Below the pieces are notes generated by a model, which made no database searches, was not told the DNA's origin, and saw only the letters and a program-made list of their open reading frames with translations. DNA of 63,295 nucleotides, filler included, from Squatina squatina (Eukaryota): the NCBI GenBank assembly GCA_031763465.1. It is 4 parts of 4 records of this genome, joined end to end, with 100 filler letters (N's around TTAATTAATTAA, not from the genome) between each part and the next. Parts side by side here need not be neighbours in the genome. Positions count along the whole stretch, not along the records: positions 27,297 to 49,344 come from JARFOE010000233.1; positions 49,445 to 63,295 come from JARFOE010000004.1; 2 more parts are not named here. One strand, written 5' to 3'. Shown here piece by piece: positions 39,373 to 50,892 of this stretch; the stretch's first letter is position 1, and each line of letters opens with the position of its first letter. A program made the translations under genes and the position numbers.

Positions 39373-42300
39373 CAGCAGTACTTCATTTTCTTCAACAGGT
39401 GTCACTGAAGTTCTATTTCTTACCTGTCACTGTCTGCTGACTAATGTTAAAGTTCAGACAGGAAACACCATTCATTTCAGAAGATTAACATTTCTCTGTA
39501 ATGTTTGCTGTGACAGTTAGTTTTACAGTAGAGATTAACCAGGGGTTGTGTCTCCTAGTTTCAGTTACAGCAGAAATGTTTAAATCCCTCTTGTACACTG
39601 ACTGCCCCATTAGCTGATTGCAATCCGCAGTGTACGTGACAGTGATTAACCTGTAGATTTCAAATAATTGATTTTTTTGTTCATTATGAAATATGCAGCT
39701 TCTCTCAGACTGGATACATTTCAATGTCCTGCACGTAAAAGGAATAAAATAATTGCAGGGAAATTCACCCCCTCTGGTATTTCTCGCTTTATGTCAGTTT
39801 GCTTGTAAACTTTGCGAATGCATCCCTCATTTAGTTTTTCACTCCCAGGTTACACCTGAATTACTCGAGCAGTGTGATTGAAAATATACATTTGGTCGCT
39901 GGCTTTGCATTCATGTTAAGTGCACTCATGTTAAGTGAGAACACTTTGCAACCAGTAATTAGGGATTGCATGCTTAAGCGTTTGAGACCGGATAATTATT
40001 TAGTAGGTTTAGTAGATTTAACCTAATTTACCCAGAGATTTTTTTTATTAGATTGAGTTTGGACTGAGATCTGATTACATTGAAGTGCACCAAAACTGCC
40101 CTATGATTATGGTAAATCAAAAATTATATGGAATGCATTTTAAAAAAAATATAGGAATCAGAACAATCAGTCGAGATAATCATTGCAAAATACTACTTCC
40201 CTTGCAACTCAAGTAACCGACTGATGCATATTTTGCTGGAGCAAATTTTCTAAAGCTACCAGGTTGTTTATTTATAGGCCGTGTTATGATCTTGGAAAGT
40301 CCCACTTTTCTCTCGCTTGAGTGGATTCATTTAAAAAAAAATGTTTCTATAAATGGCACTTGGAAATACTTGCATTTTATTTTGAGAGCTTAATGTCTTA
40401 ATTGTCATTCGCATTATAGACACACCACTTTGATTTACATATTCTAAATATTGTCAACATTAATATAATATTGCATTTTGTTGCGATTTTATATTAAAAT
40501 GAAATTGGTAGATATCAATATAATGCAANNNNNNNNNNNNNNNNNNNNNNNNNNNNNNNNNNNNNNNNNNNNNNNNNNNNNNNNNNNNNNNNNNNNNNNN
40601 NNNNNNNNNNNNNNNNNNNNNNNNNNNNGATGCAAAATGAAGATTGAAAAGTTTTTGAACTTAACTTTGCACCAGACCTTAATTATAAAGAAATTAATCT
40701 TGAGATGCCACAGAGCTTTAGTTATAGTGCAGCAAGTGTGAAGACTGCCTCCTGGAAATGGTCTCAAATGTTTTACCATAATATGGTCTGAAGCAGACTT
40801 GTCTCCCGAATTGTATGTTTGATTTTGCTTCAATATGTAGCTGAAACTGCTTTGCTTTGGTGGAAAACTGGTAATTGAATGCATAGTTGAAGTATCTTTC
40901 TATGTCCGTTTACAACAACAGAAATATAGCACCAGAGCGGGAAGAAAAATGATTGTGAAAAATGTTCAATGTCATAAATATTGTGAATGTTAAGGTACTT
41001 CTAGATGGATACAAGGCAGAAATCTAATATCAGGGCTCTGACAAACAACATAAGCTGCTGAAACTTTGAATATGTAGTTTAAGACATGATCAGGACCCTT
41101 CATTTGGACTATTGGCTTGTAATGCACAGAGAGGTATCCATTGACCTCCATGTAATTTTGATCAGTACTGCATCTAATATCTTTAACTTATTCTGAATGT
41201 ACTTTATATATAGTGGAGTCACTGCACTTGTCACATCACCAAGTATGTGTCTGCTCAGCATTGTTATACTTGCATTTTTGCTTTGTTACAAAATAAGGCA
41301 TTAAGAGAAATGAACAGATCTTATTTGGTTAATTGATAATAACTCATGCATGGATTTTAAATCAAACATTGCAAGCCAGTGTNNNNNNNNNNNNNNNNNN
41401 NNNNNNNNNNNNNNNNNNNNNNNNNNNNNNNNNNNNNNNNNNNNNNNNNNNNNNNNNNNNNNNNNNNNNNNNNNNNNNNNNNNNNNNNNNNNNNNNNNNN
41501 NNNNNNNNNNNNNNNNNNNNNNNNNNNNNNNNNNNNNNNNNNNNNNNNNNNNNNNNNNNNNNNNNNNNNNNNNNNNNNNNNNNNNNNNNNNNNNNNNNNN
41601 NNNNNNNNNNNNNNNNNNNNNNNNNNNNNNNNNNNNNNGGACACCTATTAACTTTCTGTGAAGTACTATGTGTGAATAGTATGACTAGTGATAAAGGCCC
41701 TGGTGAAAGTAAAAGTTGATTAGGGTACTTCTAGAGCCTTGCTGTGTATAGCATCTGTCTTTACTTATCAAAGACATCTGGATAAATTATTAACATTTCA
41801 TCTGTCAGGTGTCCTTTGTCCTACCTCCTCTCTCCTTTCTGATAATTGGTCATTGCTCAATAATGCTGCCTTTGTTAAATACTTGTTGGGTGANNNNNNN
41901 NNNAGCCAGGAGTTAAAACAGTAAAAGTGTATTTTCCTTTGTTTTGTAATAAGTCAACAGATTTCCTGCTTGTTCTTGACAATTTAGAACAAAACATTTT
42001 GTTAATGAAAGCAATTCTTGTTCTTTTCAGGTTGCTTATGGTATTAAGACTAGACTAGTCTGTTACTGGAAATTACAGTGTTCACCATAAATGCACTCAT
42101 GCATGATATTGGTATTTTCTGGTCACCTCAAAAGTATGCTGTGGTACTTTCGAAAGAACATATAAGAAGGATCTTTGTCATACTTTAGCAAGCTGGTCAT
42201 CCACTTCGTGAATCATTAATTTCTTACATTGGCAGATCAATTTACAGCACTTCACTGTAAATTCAAAAGTGACACGAGAGGATATGGTACACTGATTTTC

Positions 42301-42501
42301 ATGAGTAGCTTTAAGCTAACTTTAATTAAAGACGTATTTACAATGATCAGTAAGACGACAGTTATGAAGCTGTCTGCTCTCATATTAGTTTATTTATAGT
42401 GCTTTAGACACAATTAACTGGTTAATGATGACAGAATGCAGTTTCATACAGTTCGGATGCACCCATTTTGTACTGAGTTTATAATACATTTGGCCAATGC
42501 C

Positions 42502-42572
42502 ATAGAAACATAGAAGATAGGAGCAGGAGTAGGCCATTCGGCCCTTCGAGCCTGCTCTGCCATTCAATGAGA
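42502..42572 (-). mobile_element. CR1 LINE 3' end
   Basis: Reverse complement of the same 3' UTR family. Confidence 0.8.
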
Positions 42573-42672
42573 NNNNNNNNNNNNNNNNNNNNNNNNNNNN
42601 NNNNNNNNNNNNNNNNNNNNNNNNNNNNNNNNNNNNNNNNNNNNNNNNNNNNNNNNNNNNNNNNNNNNNNNN

Positions 42673-42789
42673 GGGATATGGGGATAGTGCAGGAAAATGG
42701 CACTGAGGTAGAAGATCAGCCATGATCTTGTTGAATGGCAGAGCAGGCTCAAGGGGCCGAATGGCCTACTCCAAGTTCTTATGTTCTTA
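42673..42789 (+). mobile_element. CR1 LINE 3' end
   Basis: Near-identical to 39250-39372 and to the host copy at 51230-51508. Confidence 0.85.
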
Positions 42790-44270
42790 AAAACCGCGCA
42801 AATGCGGTATTTTGAATGGGCCACGCAGCCCCAAAATAAATTACAACGAAGCTTGGTTGTCGGGCTGGGGGAGGTTACAGAGATGGGGAGGGGAAAGATC
42901 ATGGGGACTTGTGTATATATGACAGAGCAATTTTACCAAAATAAAATTAGGTGCGAGAGAGAACTGAAGCTGCTTCTGTGATCCGTTGCACATGAAGACC
43001 TTTGATGCAGCATGTCGAGACGTGGTTTGGAAGGCCCTCAGTGCTGCCATGAGAAGCACAGACAGCAAATAAATTCCCTCGCCACCTAAAATGGTATAAA
43101 TGCACAGGATCTTTCTGGCCAAATTTGTTATGGTTTTGTTTTATACCAGGCATTTTCATTCAAGGGAAATGTCAAATTGTTGAAGTTTGTTCCAGGTATT
43201 GGTCGATACATTATAAAAGAAGTTTTATTTGGGGTAAGTCCCTTTGGAAAAAAAATACAAAAAAAGTTCACTCCAGGTGCTGCAGTTTTATGACAGTTAT
43301 TTCACAGCAATATAATCTACATTTCTAATCAATTCCAGTCCTAGCACTTTGGCCAAGAATAAAAATAAGCCTCATTAGCAAGACCTTAAAGCATTTTTCT
43401 GTTTCGGATTATATAAAAAAAGTAGCACAAGTACTCAGTAATAATAGTAAAACAAGTGGAAAAACTGCTTTATTTTTCAGTACATCCTTTACTGGTGCAT
43501 TTCAGTTGTTTAAGTGCTGACAGATTTCCAGTTTCAATCTTGTACCATTTTCAGGGAAATAATTCAGAGATTTATTTTGTGCCCGAAGTGGTGAACTATT
43601 ATAGCAAAAGAATATAAACATGAGGAAAAATAATTTNNNNNNNNNNNNNNNNNNNNNNNNNNNNNNNNNNNNNNNNNNNNNNNNNNNNNNNNNNNNNNCA
43701 CCTATCCTGTTGAGAATTCAAGCTCCAGCCACACAATTTACAGGGTGTCATAAATGTAGTATTGGACAAGGAAATCAACCAAATATACAATTAAATTTGC
43801 AGTTAAAAATCTACATGTGAAGATGTATGAAATATATACAAGCTCTACAAAACCATGCAAAAACATAATACATTTTCACATCATTTCCTATTCAAAAGTG
43901 CTTCCAGAACTATATTATGCAGAAAGCTCTAACGTATATACACAATTGTTTTAATTTAAAATGTTTTTAACATGCAGAATTATTATATTTTGTTATACCA
44001 TTAATATCCTCATTGGGAAAACATCATTGTCATGCCAGTGAGGACAATACGATGCCATCTAGGGGAATTTCAGCTAAAGAACCCTTTATCATGAAATATA
44101 TAAAACTATAGCAGTCAAAGCTAGAAGGATGAGCAAAGCAGCATCTGAGCCAAACTGAACTGCAACACGGGAATGTACAGGGGACAGAAATCTCGTCTGA
44201 GGAAAGTCACTTGTGTTATAGAAACCAGATTATATCTGACACACATCGGGCTGTCATAATTATGGAAATA

Positions 44271-44656
44271 TGGCACATGACTCCCCCCTTCGCAACGCCC
44301 GCACTGCAGCTGAGTGCGCCTACAATGATAGCCATTCCTCTACAAGAATCATCATCGAGCAAACCATCGGTGTCCTCAAGCAGCGATTCCACTGTCTTGC
44401 CAAGTCAGGGGGAGCACTGTAGTACTCGCCTGACCGGGTATCCTTGTTTGTAGTTATCTGCTGCATGCTCCACAACCTGGCCATCCAGAGGGCACAACCA
44501 CTCGATGATGAGGCAGGACCCGCAAACTGTCCACAACCAGAGGAGCCTCGAGATGGACCTCATCATCAGGGTGTGCAGCAGCAAGACTACTCTGACGAGA
44601 CGTCTGAGGAAGAAGAGGAAAGCGAGGAGGAGGACCATGCAGTGCAACAGCAATGA
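44271..44656 (+). pseudogene. PIF/Harbinger (HARBI1-like DDE) transposase C-terminal fragment
   Basis: WHMTP / LRNARTAAECAYNDSHSSTRIIIEQTIGVLKQRFHCLAKSGGAL*YSPDRVSLFVVICCMLHNLAIQRAQPL followed by an acidic tail. There is a 2-nt frameshift at 44286 and a stop at 44420; the catalytic Glu motif (IIEQTIG) is retained. Confidence 0.9.
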
Positions 44657-46265
44657 GTGGCTGGATGGAGGGGACGCAGACATCCAGCAGGAAGGGATCC
44701 AGNNNNNNNNNNNNNNNNNNNNNNNNNNNNNNNNNNNNNNNNNNNNNNNNNNNNNNNNNNNNNNNNNNNNNNNNNNNNNNNNNNNNNNNNNNNNNNNNNN
44801 NNAATTACAATGAATTAAATGCTACACTTGCTGGAAGTGGACTGCTTTGTGAAAGGTTACAGCTGAGTCCTATTACAAGAGAAAACTGCTTCTATCAAAG
44901 CCAAGCCAGCTGGCAGGGCCCATCGGAACGCATACTAAACACATCTTTCACACTGCCTTGCACTCATTCTGCATGTTTGCACCCTTCTACAACTTCCTAT
45001 TCACAATTCAGAGAATCTCATAATATTATCTGCCACATCCAATTGTAGCCTAGTAACAAGAAATCTAATAATGTGGAAGAAATGCTACCTTGTCCCAGAT
45101 CATGTCCAGTGTGAAGGGAAGAATACAAAATGCTTTAATTATTTCAACAACAGCTATGTTAAACAGACGAATTAAAAAACAAAATGTTCCTTCATTCCTA
45201 CTCTTCTGGTATAAATGATGCTTTTGTTTTGCCTTTATTATTTGTTTCCAATGCAATTCAGGGTTTTAGCACAACACAAGTACATTTTTACCATTTTGTA
45301 TGTTACTGATTAATTGAAGGGTTGAGTTTATGTTACAGAGTCCACAATTTGGAAAAGATAATTCAACTGTAGATTGTTTGGCTGTGTTTAATACAGACAC
45401 AATGGCATTTACTTAAATCTATAACACACGTATGGGTTTGTTAATGCTGTCTTCTTTTTCTGTGTTATTTTTAATTACCTGTGCAAGCCTTGAAGAATAC
45501 ACAGGTGTATCAGCCATAACATACATTACTCTGACTCATCTTTAGATATTTTTCTCTTTCTTTCTCTCTCTCTCATTACTTTCTCTCTTTTTCTCTAGTG
45601 TCTATCACTTTATGTACTTTTGAGGGACAGTTTCCAAAATGCAGCCTGCAGACAAATGGGACACCCAATTCGTTTTTTCGAAGTTTTCGGCACAAAGGAC
45701 CAAATTGGGCAGTGCAAAGTTCAGGGGCAGCCAATTCGTGGTAAAACTTCTTGCGCGAAAGTGGCACAAAACTGGCGTTAAGCCACTTTTGGCACTAAAA
45801 CGCAAGCGCAAAATTTGGGTCCCGTTTGCGCCGGCGCAAAATGGGCGCAGAGCCCATAATGCTCGAGGCGCTGGCGTTAGTCTAAACGCAGCGCTGTGAT
45901 GTCATCATTGCGCACGCTGCCCAAAATGGGCGCCCGTCCAGAATTGCACAGTGTCAGTGTGCACTAAATCGAGCGGTGACAACGCCTGCTTNNNNNNNNN
46001 NNNNNNNNNNNNNNNNNNNNNNNNNNNNNNNNNNNNNNNNNNNNNNNNNNNNNNNNNNNNNNNNNNNNNNNNNNNNNNNNNNNNNNNNNNNTATTGTCCC
46101 TTACTTCATCAATTTCTTGGTCCTCCTTTGCGGAATTATAAAATGATCCCAATCCTCAGGCATGCTGCTCTTTTTGACAACATTATAAGCCTCTTCCTTT
46201 GATTTAATACTATCTTTAACTTCTCTTGTTAGCCATGATTGGACAATTTTTGCTGTGGAGTTTTT

Positions 46266-47045
46266 GGGGGTCAAATTCCCTTGCCCCGCATTCTTGGCGC
46301 AGAAGTAGAAAAAAGCACCCCATTAGTGCCTGCCGCTTACCTTTACAAGAACTCAGAAAATTCCCAAAAGTTTTTCCAGGAGGGAAGAGGAGCGCTAAAT
46401 GAGATGCTCCTCTTACCTCTTGCAGTGCACAGGAGATGGTTTTGCGGTGCAGAACTCAGCAGCGCCACCAGTGGCCAGGAGTGGCGCTGCCGTATTGCAT
46501 GAGCTCTTCCCTCAATTAAAGGGAAGGGCTCCCCACTACGAGTTGTACATTTAAAAATCTGATGGCTGCAGGACAGTGGAGTGAGATTGCTGCGCCATCA
46601 GCCTGGCACTCATGCAGAGTGCCGGATTGACTAATCATGGCACTTTGTCCGCCACCGCTGCGCTAAAAATAAAATTTATAATTTTTTTCTGACCGCTGCC
46701 CACTGTGCCTTGAAATGGCACCCCATGAGCAGCTGGACACTGTGTATGCAACCCCTGCAGCAGTCGCTGCCATCAATCGCTGTTACTGCTGGGGTCGCAA
46801 GGGAATTTCAGTGCCGGGTCGTTCAGGGGATACTGCGCACAGTGACGATGTCATCATCATCATGCGCCACCGAGTGCCATGCTGCCGGCAGGAACAGCAT
46901 GCTGCTTGTCAGCACCTTCGCTCGCCTCCGGCCGAATTCCACGGCAAACGGCGGGAGCGCCGCTGGCCACCGCAATGCACTAACCTCCGGTATGCGCCTC
47001 CTTGAGGCATGAACCTAGCGAGCCTGAACGGGGTATTATGCCCAC
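46266..47045. mobile_element. GC-rich non-autonomous Harbinger-like element nested in a CR1 fragment
   Basis: Degenerate inverted termini GGGGGTCAAATTC / GTATTATGCCCAC with ttt on both sides. The flanks 46092-46265 and 47046-47260 read as one interrupted minus-strand CR1 piece. Confidence 0.5.
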
Positions 47046-47418
47046 TTTGTGCCTAAAGGAATGTATATTTGTTGTAAATTATGTATTAATTCTTTAAATT
47101 CTAGCCATTGCATGGTCTACTGTCATACTTTTTAATTAGTTTCCCAATCTATCTTAGCTAACTTGCCCCTCATACCTATGCAGATTGCTTTGTTTAGATT
47201 TAAGACCCTAGTTTTGGATTTAACTAAATCAAACTTAATATAAAATTCTATCACATTTTGGTCTTTTGCATTCTATCCCCGCTTAACAAGTTTTGTGCTT
47301 CTTTTTACAACCACTCANNNNNNNNNNNNNNNNNNNNNNNNNNNNNNNNNNNNNNNNNNNNNNNNNNNNNNNNNNNNNNNNNNNNNNNNNNNNNNNNNNN
47401 NNNNNNNNNNNNNNNNNA

Positions 47419-47526
47419 ACTTTTTCCAGTTCTGACAAAGGGTCATCGACCTGAAACGTTGACTCTGTTTCTCTCTCCACAGATGCTGCCTGACCTGCTG
47501 AGTGTTTCCAGCTTTTTCTGTTTTTA
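47419..47526 (+). mobile_element. Penelope-like terminal fragment containing a minimal type I hammerhead motif (47428-47464)
   Basis: AGTT-CTGACAA-a-GGGTC-atc-GACCT-GAAA-CGTT-GACT: stem I AGUU/GACU, a 5-bp stem II and a palindromic ACGU helix III. Confidence 0.65.
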
Positions 47527-47535
47527 TATTGGAAA

Positions 47536-47702
47536 GATATTCAAAGCTGAGATCGATAGATTTTTGGACTCTAGGGGAATGAAGGGATATGGGGATAGTG
47601 CAGGAAAGTGGAGTCGAGGTCGAAGATCAGCCATGATCGTAATGAATGACGGAGCAGGCTTGAGGGACTGAAGGGCCTACTCCTGCTCCTAATTCTTATG
47701 TT
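47536..47702 (+). mobile_element. CR1 LINE 3' end
   Basis: IFKAEIDRFLDSRGMKGYGDSAGKWS plus the conserved 3' UTR. Confidence 0.85.
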
Positions 47703-49344
47703 TTTAAGTGCTTCAGATTGAAAGGAAACTTACCCCTCCCGTCAGTATCATTCTTTTTTAGAGGCACATTGTTTGCCCACCAACATCACTGATAGAATGA
47801 TTTTCTGAACAAAGCATTTGATTTCTGAAAATTAATTCCTTTGTGGTTTTTTTTGTGTGTGTCAGGAGGATACACAGAACCTGACATGTACTGAGTCCAA
47901 CGTGCTCCGATCATGCTGCAATCAGAGAAAAAAAAAGAAAGGAGGCTGGTCATTTCATCCTGGATACTGAAATTTACAAGCAATTTAGTGACTTCTAATT
48001 GACTGAGGAATTTACAAGCGCTGTCAATTACTTGGATTCCACAGGGAGTTCTTAAACAGCGGCCTTAAAGGAACATGCTTAACAGCTAAATATCACAGCT
48101 ATGCTCTGGACCAACAAACAAGGAGATCAGGTCATTGCAGCACTTCTACAGTAATACAAAGGAAACTTTTCTGAAACATGCTGTCCTGTGTGCGAGTTCT
48201 CCTTCATTGCCATTTTGCATCTCTTTACTGCCACCAATGTAACACATCATATTCAATTTTATGTGCCAAGCAGCTAATTTCCACCATTTCAGCAATAAAT
48301 TTGAATAACATCAGCGAACATTTGACAGAAAGTCAATGAGTGGGCCAGAAAATTCAGTATTAATGACTCAGTTATAAGTGTATGTGTAACTGCCAAAGAG
48401 TTGTCTTTTGCACCCAATGGTTCAAATATCTGTCACATACTCTTGGTTCATTACAAAGAATATGCAAGTTAAAAAAAGTTGTTCTCTCCATAAATTTAGT
48501 ATACCTGTGTGCCTAAAAATAAGACACACTCAAAAAATGCATTGATTGTGAATATACCTGATTCTCTGACCTGTACTCCCTCTGAACATGGTTCCTAGTT
48601 CTGTCACGGTGAACTTAGTCATTTTTGAAGAGAGGCAAGCTCTTTAGTTAACTGCTAATCAATTGAATCTACCACCCAAAAGAGAAGTAATTGATCATTT
48701 GTATTTCAAGAAAGATATTTGAATCGATTTGGATAAGTAGCTCACTGATTTAAAAAAGAACATTCAGTTCTTCGTCACATTCTTACACTAAAGGCGGCCT
48801 AAAACAGTTTATACAGTACTTAAGTGCAGTGGTAGTTATTACCTTTTAAACTGAATTCATCAACACCGATTATACTTTTATAATAATAATTTCTCGAAAA
48901 AAATATATTTTGAATCCATTTATTCACAAGATATTAAACTGAAAAGTTTATTGACTACACATACAGATGATCACTGAATAATTCTGAAATGTTGACAGTT
49001 TAAGCCGTCAATCAGTCATGAGTTCACAGCTGTAGTGGGGCGTGGGGGTGGTGGAGAGAAGCACTGGATTGTTAGTGGGTAAGCTGCCTTCAATATATAT
49101 CCTTAATTAGAAATAACTCAATAAAACAAACATGGGAAAACACAAAAATGTTCTCCCCTCTGGGAAATTAGGAGAGATGGAGATGGAGATAAAACTGAAC
49201 ATGACTTGTCAGGGAAAGACTCCAATATTTCCAACCCCCCACTTGGTGAAAACAAGCAAGGCAGATTTGGAAGGGATGGCGAGACAGTTTAGATTTCAAG
49301 CTGGTTTTGCTTATATAACGTTAGTGCTTTTTATTGACCTATAA

Positions 49345-49444
49345 NNNNNNNNNNNNNNNNNNNNNNNNNNNNNNNNNNNNNNNNNNNNTTAATTAATTAA
49401 NNNNNNNNNNNNNNNNNNNNNNNNNNNNNNNNNNNNNNNNNNNN
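49345..49444. other. Artificial scaffolding linker (44N-TTAATTAATTAA-44N)
   Basis: TTAATTAATTAA at 49389-49400 within exactly 100 bp. Confidence 0.95.
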
Positions 49445-49740
49445 AGTGGATTGGGGTAGCATTCCTCATTTGTGATGCCACTGGAGTTAAGCTTTATGAC
49501 ATCAATGGAATCATGTTAGGTTCAATGGGCTGGACTTTATTCCATTATTCCAGCCAAAATCCAGTACCATTGTGACAGAAATGGTATAAAACGGGACAAT
49601 GAAGCTTCCCCACCCTAACCTGGATTTCCCTCCTCCTGCCCCTGCTCAGGCAGCACAGGTCACTCCTTCCCCACCATCCACAGTAAATATTTCACATGTA
49701 GCCTTTGCAACAGGGGTCTCCAAATGGTGGACCTTAGACC

Positions 49741-49935
49741 ACCTATGGCCCTGACCCCTCCATGTTCCGTGCAAACTGTCTTGTACAGACCACTGAATGG
49801 AGTGCCTGCTCCAAGACCTGTGGAATGGGCATCTCCACCCGGGTAACTAATGACAACAGAGAGTGCAGACTGGAGAAACAGACCAGACTTTGTATGGTCA
49901 GGCCTTGCGAAATGGATATGAAAGAGACCATTAAG
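49741..49935 (+). CDS. CCN2: CCN2 (CTGF) exon 4, TSP1 module; 5' end of the exon missing
   Basis: [65 protein letters not shown], then donor aag|GTaaaa. There is an in-frame TAG at 49735-49737 upstream. Confidence 0.92.
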
Positions 49936-50062
49936 GTAAAAAAAAATGCTTTTCCCAGATCAATTGATTTAAAATAGCATCAGGATTTATTTTGATTTAT
50001 CTTTGCATTTACTCTGAATATTTTTTCTAACGGAATTTTGTCCTCTGTCATTCACCTCACAG

Positions 50063-50359
50063 AGAGGCAAAAGATGTATCCGCACACCAAAGGTTTACAG
50101 GCCTACCAAGTTCGAATTCTCTGGCTGTACCAGTGTGAAGTCCTACAGAGCCAAATTCTGTGGTGTTTGCACCGATGGCCGATGCTGCACCCCTCACAGA
50201 ACCGCTACTCTTCCCGTCGAATTCAAATGTCCTGATGGGCAACTCATGAAGAAGAATATGATGTTCATTAAGACCTGTGCCTGCCACTATAACTGCCCCA
50301 TGGACAACGATGTCTTCCAGTCCTTATATTACAGGAAAATGATGGGTGACATGGCATAA
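50063..50359 (+). CDS. CCN2: CCN2 exon 5 coding part, cystine-knot (CT) module
   Basis: Acceptor cctcacAG after a 127-nt intron; RGKRCIRTPK...KFCGVCTDGRCCTPHRTATLPVEFKCPDG...KTCACHYNCP...YYRKMMGDMA*. The C-terminus is diagnostic of CCN2. Confidence 0.96.
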   Translation, partial: RGKRCIRTPKVYRPTKFEFSGCTSVKSYRAKFCGVCTDGRCCTPHRTATLPVEFKCPDGQLMKKNMMFIKTCACHYNCPMDNDVFQSLYYRKMMGDMA

Positions 50360-50892
50360 ACTGTGTAATCGATCTAAGACTTCTTAACTGGAAAGATTTT
50401 CCATCTCATATGCAAAGGTCACTGCGTAACATAAAGGAAAATATTGACATGTTGAGACATTATCAGTTATCAAATGAGAGAATGGAAACATGCCACAGCA
50501 CTCAGCCTAGATTTTGAAACTGCATTGCTTGTACACTGTTAGCTGGAATATCATTGTAAATAATGTACATCTCATGGAGTTACAAAGTAATGTCTCATAT
50601 GGAAAATAGAGATAACAGGCTTTGATATAGAAACAGTTAGCTAATTATACTTGGATTATATTCATATCCGGAGTCAGAATTCAGTTCCAAACGTTCCATT
50701 GCAACGTTCACTGCTCCATGGGTGTTCACTGTGTCTGGCCTACAATGTATTGTAACAGGGTCGCAAAGCATTTCCTGCTCTCCTAGGAGTTCNNNNNNNN
50801 NNNNNNNNNNNNNNNNNNNNNNNNNNNNNNNNNNNNNNNNNNNNNNNNNNNNNNNNNNNNNNNNNNNNNNNNNNNNNNNNNNNNNNNNNNNN

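Noticed and set aside
42502-42789. Inverted pair of CR1 ends forming a hairpin
   Set aside because: The two arms are on different contigs flanking a 100-N gap, so adjacency is not established.
33789-44656. Harbinger N- and C-terminal halves as one element or a domesticated HARBI1 gene
   Set aside because: They are on different contigs separated by many gaps, and both contain stops and frameshifts.
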